From NCBI RefSeq assembly GCF_009914755.1, contig NC_060925.1: DNA of 64,000 nt. One strand, written 5' to 3'. Origin of the DNA: the human T2T-CHM13v2.0 reference genome, Homo sapiens. Below the pieces are notes generated by a model. It saw nothing but the letters and a program-made list of their open reading frames with translations. It did no database searches and was not told where the DNA came from. Of this stretch, positions 17,250 through 28,150 are shown piece after piece; the stretch's first letter is position 1; the number at the start of each line of letters is the position of its first letter. The translations under genes were made by a program, and so were the position numbers.

Positions 17250-19360
17250 GGCAAACAATTTATTTAGCCCGACATCTAGCCGGTCTCCGGCAGGACCCTG
17301 CACCGCGTCGGGATCGGACCCTTCCGCTGGGGCGGCCTCCTGCGTCAAGGCCAGCAGGAACCTTCCTGTCGCCCTCCCCGGCCGCCGCTTCGCCTCCTTC
17401 CCGCCCCCGGAGGTTGTGCAGGCGCTATGGTCCGCCTGGAGGGAGAAAGCCGGCGGCCGGTTCCTGAGCCGAGAGCGGCCGCGGAAAAATCCTCTGCCTC
17501 CGCTGGAAATCGATATTAGGCCGGCGCGGGCGCGGGACGTCGGGGCCGCAGCCAGTAGGTTGTGCACGTCTCATCATTTAGCTAATCGAGTCGAAAAGTT
17601 TCTGTAAGGGCCGGACCCAGCATCAGATGGTAACACTGATTGAACAAGAGATTAGCACAATAGATCTCTAACCGAGGGGAAGCGTTGCTTTTCACGCTAC
17701 GCGCCGTAATTAATGGTATGAATCAATTAATTTGACTTTTATTGTGTCGAAGGAAAAAAGCGCAACAAATGGAACCGGCAGCTGGGAGTTGTTCGTCCTC
17801 CACCCCCTTCCCCAGGGAGGTTCCAAGGAGACACCGGGGAATGGACGGATCAGGCTGGGCCGTGGCAGAGGGAGGGTAGGAGGCAGCGACCAGCAGCGTG
17901 GAGGGAGTCCAGAGAGCTAGCCTCTGCGGACGGCGGAATCGAAATTAGGCTCATTTGGAGACTACTTCGAGACCGGTGAGGGGAGCCCTGTAGCCACCAT
18001 CCTCCGGCGCGCATCCACACATACTAGTCCACGCGGGCCCAGCCACCAAGGCCGCGGCAGGGCCAGCGCTGCGCCCCGGGCCCCTGCCTTTAGGGCTGGG
18101 CAACCCAAGCAGAGCAAAGGAGGTTCCTGAATGTGTAAATTTCCGCTTTTTAGCTTTTTTTTTTTTTTTTTTTGGACCTTCCGACACTTCGGTTGCTGAG
18201 GCAGTTGCAGACGCGACCTCTGCAGTCCTGGGCGATGGCCAGCCAGCTCAGCTCGGGTCGGTTTCGCGGAAAGCTGTCTAGACGGCATTGTAAACGGTTC
18301 GGAGCCTGCGGGCCACAAAGCTGTGGAGCTACGGAAATCAACTCTGAGATGCGTTTTAGGGCCGTGTGCAACCTCGGGATCATTTAGATAAAGAAAAACT
18401 GTGGAGGTTGGCGGGCGTCTCAGGATAGTGTCACCACCCCCTACCCTGCTCCCAGCCTCAGATGAGTAGTGTTATATCCTGGGAAACTGTCTAATGGGGA
18501 TGAAAGTCAATCTGTGTGTCTCAATGCCTGTAATGAAGCAAGTTTACAGATTTTTAAATTTTTATTTTTATTTTATTGAATTATTTTTGGTGTGTCTAGG
18601 CCAAGGAAAGAGGAGATCGTGGGTGGGGAAACAGACTGAGGGAATCAGAAGCACCACTGTCCATCCGGAATTAAATCCACATCCCAGCATCTTCTGCAAA
18701 TATTTCACTAATTATTTCCTCTCGGAACTCCTCCCCTCGTGCTCCTTCCTCTGGTGAGGCCGGCGCTCCCCTCCCAGGCCGCAGCGGACAGACAGGGATT
18801 GGGTTCCGTGTGCCTGCCACACCAGGCAGGCTCTTGCGGCTCCCAACTAGGCGGCCTAAATGAGGGAGGAAAGAGGAGGCGCATCGCTGATTCACCGCGT
18901 CAAGAGCACTGACTTTCCTTGGAGGTGTGAGGTCCACGCACCCCAGCCACGCACTTGGGGGTCGGTTTGCGGTGCCTCCCCCTCCAGTCCCAGTGAAATC
19001 CCCACAGTTTTTCCTACTATCACTGACTTGCCTTGCACTCCGCGTGCATTGGCCACACATCCTCGCCTCCTCCACCCGCTCCGCCGCCGGTTTTCTTGGA
19101 AGTTAAATCTTGGAGGATTTGTCCACACCTTAAGAGAAGAAAATCCACGTTAGCTGGCAGCAACGGAGATCCCAGCATGCTGGCATGCCCAAGTCTGCCC
19201 AGGTTCCCCCAAGGCCATGCCCGCCGCCCGGGAAGTCACTGCCCGCACCCCTCACGTTTCTTCAGCCGCCCCTGGGCGCTGCGTCTAACCTGAAGACACC
19301 AGGCCTCTTCCCGGATCCACTCGACTTACCCAGGCCGCTGCCAATCCCAGCTCCTTCCCC
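17250..19360. promoter_or_regulatory. CpG-rich segments upstream of FOXD3
   Basis: CpG-dense blocks interspersed with short AT-rich motif clusters. Confidence 0.7.
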
Positions 19361-20125
19361 AGCGCCTCATTTCCGATTTTTTCATATGCTAAGTCGTTTA
19401 ACAACTCCAAGTAGCCAGTTATGGCTTCTTTATTTATAGGTTCCCTGCTATTTTACGTCGTTTTTATTTCTCTCGGCAACTATTCTAGTAGATTAATCAA
19501 TAGCCATTTTCTGACCTTCGGGAACCCCAGCTGATGCTTTTTGTGGCCGCACGAAAAAATACATACAGGAAAACACGCCCGCATCAAGCCGGGAAAGAGC
19601 AGGTAGGACCTGAGTGGTTTGGTTGGGGGAGGGGGAAAAAGACATCTCAGCAGGTGTCTTCCCCGGAATGAGCACTGAGGCCAGAGGGGAATCTGAAATC
19701 TAATTAGCAGGAGGGAGCCGGGTGCGCTGCTCTTACTCTTTAAAGCTAAAAACAATGAAACAAAAAGCAAAACAGAGACTAAGTTTTGCTTTTTAAAACA
19801 CGATATGGGAACCTCGTTCTAGGTCGCCCAGTCCCTGTCTAAGGAGTGTGACAAAGTGGGGGGGAGAAGGGCGGAAGGGAGAGGGGGCGGGGAAGGCAGG
19901 GCAGCGACAGTCGCACAGTCCCGCGGACGCTCCCAGGCCCACGCCCTGACTCGCTCACACCCACCCACACTCACACCCACCCGCTCCCTGGGCCCCAGGG
20001 CCCGGATCCAGCCTGGGTGGGGGGGTCTCCGGGCGGGCCGCAGCGCCCTCCGTGCCCCGGGGATGCTGGCGCACAGTGCGGAGCGGAGTTGCGCGTCTCT
20101 CGTCCCTTTGTTGACAATTCCCTGA
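18549..20125 (-). ncRNA. FOXD3-AS1: FOXD3 antisense RNA 1 (spliced lncRNA); ends approximate
   Basis: Recalled position just upstream of and opposite to FOXD3. Minus-strand AATAAA at 18561-18566 and 18572-18577; acceptors at 19610-11, 19129-30, 18856-57; donors at 19329 (GTAAGT) and 19031 (GCAAGT). Confidence 0.75.
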
Positions 20126-20159
20126 ACCAACTTGAGTTTGGCCGGCTCGGCCGCGGCCC

Positions 20160-20235
20160 TGACGTCACGCACGGTCACGTGGCCCCGCCTCCCGCTGGAT
20201 CTTTAAGTAGAAAGTAATCTATCAGGCCAGTCCTT
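20160..20235 (+). promoter_or_regulatory. FOXD3 core/proximal promoter (likely bidirectional with FOXD3-AS1)
   Basis: Perfect CRE TGACGTCA 20160-20167, USF/TFE-type E-box GTCACGTGGC 20174-20183, GC box, TATA-like TTTAAGTA at 20202 and Inr-like CCAGTC ~25-30 nt downstream. Confidence 0.7.
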
Positions 20236-20723
20236 AAAACGGGACTTTCGACTACCGGGGCTTCGGCGTCCCTGACACCCAGCCCCCTGCCCCCCCGCTA
20301 CTGTCCCTGCCCGCGCCCTCCCGAGCTGCTCGGCGCCCGGCGTCCCGCGCCCGCCTGGACCGCTCCTGCGCCCCACGCCAGGGCCAGAGGCCGAGGAAGG
20401 CGGGCTAAGTGAGGGGGCGCGGCGTGGAGAACCGCCGGGGCCGGGAGCGGTAGCGAGCGCCTAGTACCGAGCGCCAGGGACGGCAGGAGTTCGCGGAGCG
20501 CGGCCGCTGGGGGCGGACGGCAGAGCCCGCGCCACGCGATGCGGGGCCGCCGAGTGTGAGCTGAGCCCAGCGGGCCCCAAGCCACCTGCGGCCCCCTCCC
20601 CTCTCCCTGCCCCCCATCTTTCGGGGGCACTCAAACCCTCTTCCCCTGAGCTCCGTGGCAGCCCCCGAACACCCTCATCGCCCGCTGCCCCCTCCCCGCC
20701 GCCGCTACCAACCCCGAGGAGGG

Positions 20724-22160
20724 ATGACCCTCTCCGGCGGCGGCAGCGCCAGCGACATGTCCGGCCAGACGGTGCTGACGGCCGAGGACGTGGACATCGA
20801 TGTGGTGGGCGAGGGCGACGACGGGCTGGAAGAGAAGGACAGCGACGCAGGTTGCGATAGCCCCGCGGGGCCGCCGGAGCTGCGCCTGGACGAGGCGGAC
20901 GAGGTGCCCCCGGCGGCACCCCATCACGGACAGCCTCAGCCGCCCCACCAGCAGCCCCTGACATTGCCCAAGGAGGCGGCCGGAGCCGGGGCCGGACCGG
21001 GGGGCGACGTGGGCGCGCCGGAGGCGGACGGCTGCAAGGGCGGTGTTGGCGGCGAGGAGGGCGGCGCGAGCGGCGGCGGGCCTGGCGCGGGCAGCGGTTC
21101 GGCGGGAGGCCTGGCCCCGAGCAAGCCCAAGAACAGCCTAGTGAAGCCGCCTTACTCGTACATCGCGCTCATCACCATGGCCATCCTGCAGAGCCCGCAG
21201 AAGAAGCTGACCCTGAGCGGCATCTGCGAGTTCATCAGCAACCGCTTCCCCTACTACAGGGAGAAGTTCCCCGCCTGGCAGAACAGCATCCGCCACAACC
21301 TCTCACTCAACGACTGCTTCGTCAAGATCCCCCGCGAGCCGGGCAACCCGGGCAAGGGCAACTACTGGACCCTGGACCCGCAGTCCGAGGACATGTTCGA
21401 CAACGGCAGCTTCCTGCGGCGCCGGAAACGCTTCAAGCGCCACCAGCAGGAGCACCTGCGCGAGCAGACGGCGCTCATGATGCAGAGCTTCGGCGCTTAC
21501 AGCCTGGCGGCGGCGGCCGGCGCCGCGGGACCCTACGGCCGCCCCTACGGCCTGCACCCTGCGGCGGCGGCCGGTGCCTATTCGCACCCGGCAGCGGCGG
21601 CGGCCGCGGCTGCTGCGGCGGCGCTCCAGTACCCGTACGCGCTGCCGCCGGTGGCACCGGTGCTGCCTCCCGCTGTGCCGCTGCTGCCCTCGGGCGAGCT
21701 GGGCCGCAAAGCGGCCGCCTTCGGCTCACAGCTCGGCCCGGGCCTGCAGCTGCAGCTCAATAGCCTGGGCGCCGCCGCGGCCGCTGCGGGCACAGCGGGC
21801 GCCGCGGGCACCACCGCGTCGCTCATCAAGTCCGAGCCAAGCGCGCGGCCGTCGTTCAGCATCGAGAACATCATAGGTGGGGGCCCCGCGGCTCCTGGGG
21901 GCTCGGCGGTGGGCGCTGGGGTCGCCGGCGGCACTGGGGGTTCAGGGGGCGGCAGCACGGCGCAGTCGTTTCTGCGGCCACCCGGGACCGTGCAGTCGGC
22001 AGCGCTCATGGCCACCCACCAACCGCTGTCGCTGAGCCGGACGACTGCCACCATCGCGCCCATTCTTAGCGTGCCACTCTCCGGACAGTTTCTGCAGCCC
22101 GCAGCCTCGGCCGCCGCCGCTGCTGCGGCCGCCGCTCAAGCCAAATGGCCGGCGCAATAG
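20724..22160 (+). CDS. FOXD3: Forkhead box D3 transcription factor, single coding exon, 478 aa
   Basis: ATG at 20724 ([15 protein letters not shown]...) to TAG at 22160. Forkhead domain [14 protein letters not shown]...RRRKRFKR at 21144-21440, eh1 motif FSIENII at 21855-21875, poly-Ala tracts. The ORF-track start at 20655 is a GTG. Confidence 0.99.
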   Translation: MTLSGGGSASDMSGQTVLTAEDVDIDVVGEGDDGLEEKDSDAGCDSPAGPPELRLDEADEVPPAAPHHGQPQPPHQQPLTLPKEAAGAGAGPGGDVGAPEADGCKGGVGGEEGGASGGGPGAGSGSAGGLAPSKPKNSLVKPPYSYIALITMAILQSPQKKLTLSGICEFISNRFPYYREKFPAWQNSIRHNLSLNDCFVKIPREPGNPGKGNYWTLDPQSEDMFDNGSFLRRRKRFKRHQQEHLREQTALMMQSFGAYSLAAAAGAAGPYGRPYGLHPAAAAGAYSHPAAAAAAAAAAALQYPYALPPVAPVLPPAVPLLPSGELGRKAAAFGSQLGPGLQLQLNSLGAAAAAAGTAGAAGTTASLIKSEPSARPSFSIENIIGGGPAAPGGSAVGAGVAGGTGGSGGGSTAQSFLRPPGTVQSAALMATHQPLSLSRTTATIAPILSVPLSGQFLQPAASAAAAAAAAAQAKWPAQ

Positions 22161-22795
22161 GGACGCGCCAATGGCCGGGACCCAGGGTCCGGCGGCGGCC
22201 TCGAGCAACAAATGCACCTCCAGGCTGCGCGCCCTGTCCCAAGCCCGGTCCCGGTCCCGCTGCCCAATCCTGGACTCTGCCTCTCCCCAATTTCCTTTCC
22301 CCTGAGCCCCCAACGCCTACCTTCCGCGGCCTCCATCCCCTCGCGCACACCTAAGCTGGTCGAGCAAACTCACCGCGCGCCCGCCGGGGATAGCTTTCCA
22401 TACAGGTAAAACCGAAAACCGAATTTTCCAAAAATGCACCCCGACGGCGCCTGCTCTTAGTACCGTGGGGATGGGAGGGAAATTCTTTGTATATATTTGT
22501 AAAAAAATTATTGACTTTCCTTTTGGGGTTTTTATTTTTTTAAGAAAAAACAAATTCCGTAGATTTAGAGCTCTGAACTTTCATTTTTTTTGAAGGTTCA
22601 CTCTCCGAAGTTTTATCTGAGAAAAGAATGTATAGAGACGTTGGGAGATTTTAAATATAAAAAATTTTCAAAAAGGCAAAAAGTGTCATTCTATTATAAA
22701 AGTCTGTTTATATATGAATGAATATATATGGTATTCTAAATGTTATTCCATCGTGTTGTACACAACTTTGTAAATAAATTTTTAAAATGCCCAGC
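22161..22795 (+). other. FOXD3: FOXD3 3' UTR
   Basis: Follows the stop codon; GC-rich then AU-rich; ends after AATAAA at 22773-22778. Confidence 0.8.
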
Positions 22796-22820
22796 CTAGT
22801 GTTTTATTTAGTTGTCTGAA
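22773..22820 (+). terminator. FOXD3 polyadenylation signal with U/GU-rich downstream element
   Basis: AATAAA 22773-22778 followed ~20-40 nt later by GTGTTTTATTTAGTTGTCTG. Confidence 0.8.
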
Positions 22821-24589
22821 GTAAATGGCAAGATTTTTAAATGGTATTTATTTGCCTTTTCTCCTCCCCAGAAAATCAAGGAATTTCAAGTAATGGCCTT
22901 TTCAAACTTTTTAAATTCATAATTTGAGTGTAAGAAAATTTTAATTGGAGAAAGGAAATAGTATGCCTAATTTAAATTGTGTTACTATTTTTCTTTTAGT
23001 TTTCACATAAAATCAGGATGTGAGTGATATCATTCATATCAACCCATTAAATCTAAATGACCAGACATTTCTGTAGATAAAGTAAGCTGTCATTTAAAAA
23101 AAGAAACCGAAACAACAGCAGTCTTTAAATTTTTTTAAAAAATGACTAGACTTGTATCTTCCACAATGAAAACTTCCCAAATGAGAGAGTTCTTGGTCAT
23201 TTCAATTATCCTTTGAAAAGTAAGTAAATTCCAAACATCCCTCTTTTTAACATTTAAATCTTAGATTTTTGAAATTATTTCTTTTCATTCCTTAAGTGGA
23301 AGTGGTAAATAGACCCAGCTGGTTTTAAAATTTATGTTAAGGCACTTTACATTTTGCAGTGGGATTTTATTTATGTTCATCTGATAGATAATACATAGTT
23401 TTGTTTTCATAATATTTTCAAATAAGATATCTCATTTATATGGCAATAATCAATCCACAACATAATTGGATTTCTGAAGGGGTCCTATAGATGCTTCCTC
23501 TCCCTCCAACCCAAAGCCTTTCTGAAGGCCAAGGAATGGTGGCCTTAATACCCTTTTAAAAACAGCTGAACATCACCTCTCTCCCCTTTTTTTTCTTTAC
23601 CTTAGGCTAGGTTAGTGTGAAATGCGACATCATAGGGCAGGAATGGGGAAGGTCCTTGTAGATTATTTTTAATTTGCATTTCAGCTGTTAAAAACTTTTA
23701 AAAGAAAGTATGAAGGTAGAAATGAAACATCTTGATGTGGAAGGCTGGTTCTCACCACCATCAGCATATCCTCAAAAGGCATCAATTCTAATTATTTTGT
23801 AATTAATTTAGCTGTTACAATTACTTGTGCGAAATCGCTTTTAAAAACTGGAGCGAGTAGCAGTGCTGTCGGCTCGGCCCTGCGCGCGTCCTTTTGGTTA
23901 ATCCCGGCCAGTCCCCGGTGTTGTCGTCCACTTTGCCTCCCTGGTGGTGGAGATGCCTCCCCGTCTCGGATCCCACCTCATTTCTCCGCTGTCGACGTGG
24001 GCTGGGGGTCGCTTTGAAAGACACTTCCTTGCAAATACCCAATCTGTTTTCCTGGTAAACGGTAAACATTATTGTGTCTTGAGTAAACATTCCTTCGGGA
24101 TCAGGGTCCTAAAATAAAACAAGCTGCCGGGGGTGAGATAGTTTAACTTGATAAACAAGAACCTGATAACCACCGCCGAGAGAGGAGCAATGGTAACCTT
24201 CACCGAGAGGAGATTATGGACCACACGGTCTCCGGGCGGGTCCCTTCTAATCTCCTTTTACAAGGAAAACTAAACGGATCTAATTTTGTTTGTGTGTTGC
24301 AGCTATAAAAGTAACAAGTTGTTTCACAGTTGTGTCTGGCTAATCGGTTTTTACACAAACAGCAAATGGTACATGATTTGTGCAAACACATAGAGAGGTT
24401 ATTTCTAAATTTAGCTGACAGCCCCTGGGAAAAGGGAAAGGCAGGGCTTCTTGAATTCACTTTTAGCCTCAAGAAGCTGCTGATCCAAGGCTTCTAAATG
24501 ACATTGGATAACAGGGGCCTCATTCCATCCCTGATCCTTTGTTACTTATAAAATTACTCGCTCATATTTCCGCGCATAGCAGCAATACC

Positions 24590-24649
24590 GGCCGAGCCTG
24601 CGCCAGCAGCGTGACACTCAGCCACAAGCCACCGCCGGAGACTCGCAGG
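24590..24649 (-). ncRNA. MIR6068: MIR6068 annotated hairpin; mature sequence at 24629-24649
   Basis: Reverse complement of 24629-24649 is CCUGCGAGUCUCCGGCGGUGG, matching recalled hsa-miR-6068; CCUGCG/CGCAGG closes an imperfect stem. Confidence 0.8.
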
Positions 24650-27339
24650 GCTTTTTCCAGCGCTACATTCATTAGGCGGCGGGGTGAACGGGAGAGACCT
24701 GCCGGCAACTTTCCTTCCAGCCAGTTCTTACCCTTGAACGACGGCCTAAAGATGGTCCCCTTCCTTTATGTCGTGGAAGGCAGGAAACTCTCGGACCCAG
24801 ACCCTCAAGCTGCCAGCGGTTGTTTAAAGTCCTGGCAGATGTCAGGAAGATGGGCCCGGCCGTCGCACCCTCAAAAGCTCTTTTTCGTTTAAGCTTTTTA
24901 AACCTCGAAGATTTAGCACAAAATGGGAAATGCAAATATCATAGACAATGATCGCAAGCACTTAGTGGTGGGGCTGGGGGAAGCCTGAAACCCTTGTTTG
25001 ATGTTATGGAACGCAGGCACCTGCGACAAACGGCACTGGAAACAGCTCTCTCGTTGAGATTTAAAGTCAACACTACTGATATCCACTTTTTATTCCACTT
25101 AAGAAAAAAAAACTAAAGGAAGGGGGGCAGATTTATTTGCAATAAAAGAAGAAAGCGGGTTGATTTTTATGGGGAAGATTTTAGCTTTCGGCTACACACG
25201 CATTTAGACGTTTCTACTTTCTCTAGCACTCATTCCTAGAAAAATCAATCCAGCCCTGAGGCCTGTGGCCCCTAGAGCGTTCTCAGGACCAAGGTCTGAG
25301 TTGGGACCGCCCGTATCTAGTTCCTCGGAGGGGTGGATCTGGATGTCCGGGGAAAGGCGAATGAAGAGTAGAGCAAAACATGTGCCGGCTGTTGAGGGCT
25401 GTCGATGCGATGGCAGATGTGGCCTGTAGGGGGCGACGAGCAGACGGAAAACTTCGCGGTTTGTCTGGAATGGTCCAGCCCCAGCCCCGGACGCCTCTCC
25501 TTCCCTCCCAGGCTCTGAGCCTCCTGACATCCTTGCTTATTCTCAGGCCCCGGAAGCCTAGGTCGAATCTCGAGAAGCTGATTTCCTCCTTTCCCCCGCC
25601 TGTGTCCTGGGAGGAACAGAGTCCCGAGGGGAGTTTGTCCTAAAGATTGGGAGGCAATAAAGTTTAGTGATGAGGAAACATTGACTTGGAAGCAATTAAG
25701 AGTTATATTTGAGGTTATTTATTTCACATGGTTTATAGGGTGAGTCTTGGTAGTGAGAACATGAAAGGCTGACATGAGTGTGTGAGAGGTGGGTATTTTT
25801 AACGTGAGTCCCTTGAGAAACTGTCCTGAGGGGTATGTGATCTGAAAGAAAGTGGGTTCCAGAGCCTTGTGTCCCCGGACTCCACCTGTGTCCCCGGTGG
25901 TACAAGCTGCAGAATAAAGTAGTGAAGGGAGGAGGTTGGAAGGGCATTCTGAAAGTGCCAGGCTGAACCTTGTGGGGAGCCGTCTGTTTCAAGGGAGGAG
26001 GCGACAGGAAGAAGCGGGATGAGAAAGGCCTTGCAGAAGGCGTTCCAACAGGGATTAGGCATTTCCTAACTGTGACTTTGGACAAGCTGCTTGGTTTCTT
26101 TCAATGACTGCATTTCCTCGACCCTACAGTGAGAATGAGTCTGCCTGTCACCTGGGCTTACAGAATTAGGTGAGTTGGTGTCAGTGAAAAATGTCTTATA
26201 AACTGTAAAGTGCTGGGGGCGTGTACAGTGTGTTTTTTAATGGCTTCTGCACGAAGAAACAACTCTGTTCTAAGCACTGGTACACGGCCAAATACATTGG
26301 CTCGGTTCTGAACCATTTGATTTTAGGTATGAAAGGTGGATTTTTCTAAGAGGGGTTGCAGAACCCATCCCAGGAAACTCCCACCCCAGAAGAGGCTTTT
26401 AAAAGGTGGAGCTTCCTCCTGGTCTGTAGGCCTTTCACTATGCCTGCGGAGAAGCTCTCGGTGCCCACCCATCCTTCAGCCTGCACCCCCAGCTCCAGGG
26501 GCAGGGCATACGTCTCTCTTCTCTCTGGCAGAGCGGCCTACTCTGCTGTTTGCCCCTATGCTTCCACTATCCGAGGCAAGTGGGGAAATCTGAGTCCACC
26601 GCTGACAGACTCCCATTAGTGCAAGATGCGGCCTGGGAGGCGAATTAAAGGTAACCAGATCCCAAACTCACTTAAAAGACCACCCTCCCCTTGCTGCCCT
26701 CCAACAGTTGGCAGAGTTACACCCAGAGCCAACTTCTCTCTTCGCCACTCCCCCTCCTTGCCCTCTGAGGAATGTACAAGCCATTCTTTGCTCCCTGGGG
26801 TACACAAAACAAAATTTGAAAAGAAATGTAAAACTAGCCAGGGTGTCTGTAAGAAAGCATAACCATCTCATTTTTATTTCCCGAAGTGCCGTCATATATT
26901 AGAATTTTCCTAAATGCAGAATTAAATTGGTCCCCTCCCCCATTTTAACATAAAACTGCTACCTAAGGCTCTTCTCCAGATCATTTGTGCTTTTGCACAC
27001 AGCTCCATCCCATCAGGGGTGAGGCGGGGAAGAAGAGGGACACCTTCACTCTCTTGCCTGAGTCCTCTGGTGCTGAATTCCGAACCCGTCTTCAGAAAAA
27101 CAGTCCTAGAATATCGGCATTAGAAGTGGCCTCCGGGGTCACCCTGGAGGCCCTCTTTTCACACAGGCCCACCCAGAAGGTTCTGGGACTTACCCAGGGT
27201 CACTCAGCAGCCCAAGTGCAAGCTATGGAAGTACTCGGAGGAGGAAAAAGTGTGCTTTACCCAGCAAGAAGGCGCCACTTGAGGAAACAAAAACAGCAGA
27301 CTCTGGGGCAAGGAAGATTGGGGAGGGTTGAGAGGAGAA

Positions 27340-28150
27340 GGGAAAGACAGACACAGACGCGCCGGGCCGGTGGAACTCAGCTCCGGGAAGGCTGTGGACC
27401 TGGACCCTGGGGCTCCCCGCTGCCTGGGCGCCTCTAGCCCGGCGATGAGTGGTTCTGCGGGGACCGACGGCCCCATTTCCTTCTTGCCTCGTGATGTGGG
27501 AGGGAAGAAAGAAGGCGGCAACTGCAGGCCCGAAGCTCCCCTCGCCCAGCGGCCCAACCACAGTGCTGTCGTGTCGGGGATCGGTCCCCAAGGGAGCCCC
27601 CAACCCCCTGCCCACGCCGAGATCACCCCCGTGCCAACCTCGAGGGCTCGGCCTGCGGGACTCCAGCTGCCCCTGCCTGGAGGGAGGGAAGGGAGAAGAG
27701 AATACGAATTAATTACGAAGGAAACCCAGGTGTGAAAGGCACCCGCCGCGGAGCTGGGCGTGCAGCGGGGCGCGCGGTGGGACCTCTGCTCCCGTCCCCG
27801 TCCCGCGGCTACTCAGTTGCCCGCTCATGGGAGGCTCGCGACGGAAAATAAATCCCCTCAGAGTGAACCTGGGAGGCCGAGAGGACCCAGCCTGGGATCT
27901 CTGGGGGAAATAGGGGCAAGTTTACCACGGTTTAATTAAGCCACAGCCCTAGCACGAGGACCCCGGCGACCCATCCGGGCTGGGGGATGGACTGGAGTGC
28001 CCCCCACCCCAGGCCGCGAACCGGCAGCGAGAAGCACACTCTCCGCCATCCCCGGCCCCGCCGCTTCCGCCTCTGCGGACTCCGCGTTTGCCATGCTCCT
28101 TCCCGGGGTCCAGGGACCGGAGCTGCGGTGCACGTCTTATTGAAGGGGAG
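27340..28150. promoter_or_regulatory. Downstream orphan CpG island
   Basis: CpG-dense, non-repetitive, ~5 kb 3' of FOXD3. Confidence 0.75.

Larger units (their letters stand above)
19850..22450. promoter_or_regulatory. CpG island spanning FOXD3 promoter and gene body
   Basis: Very high GC/CpG over the whole gene. Confidence 0.9.

Noticed and set aside
20106-20118. CTTTGT-tg-ACAAT as a SoxE dimer site
   Set aside because: Orientation and spacing are opposite to the canonical SoxE inverted pair
20655-20723. 23-aa N-terminal extension of FOXD3 shown in the ORF track
   Set aside because: Starts at a GTG; the recognised protein begins at ATG 20724, and nothing here supports non-AUG initiation
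22140-22160. C-terminal KWPAQ as a WRPW-like Groucho motif
   Set aside because: Does not match the WRPW/WRPY consensus; eh1 already explains TLE binding
20298-22350. Antisense and alternate-frame ORFs over FOXD3
   Set aside because: Shadows of GC-rich codon usage in the real CDS
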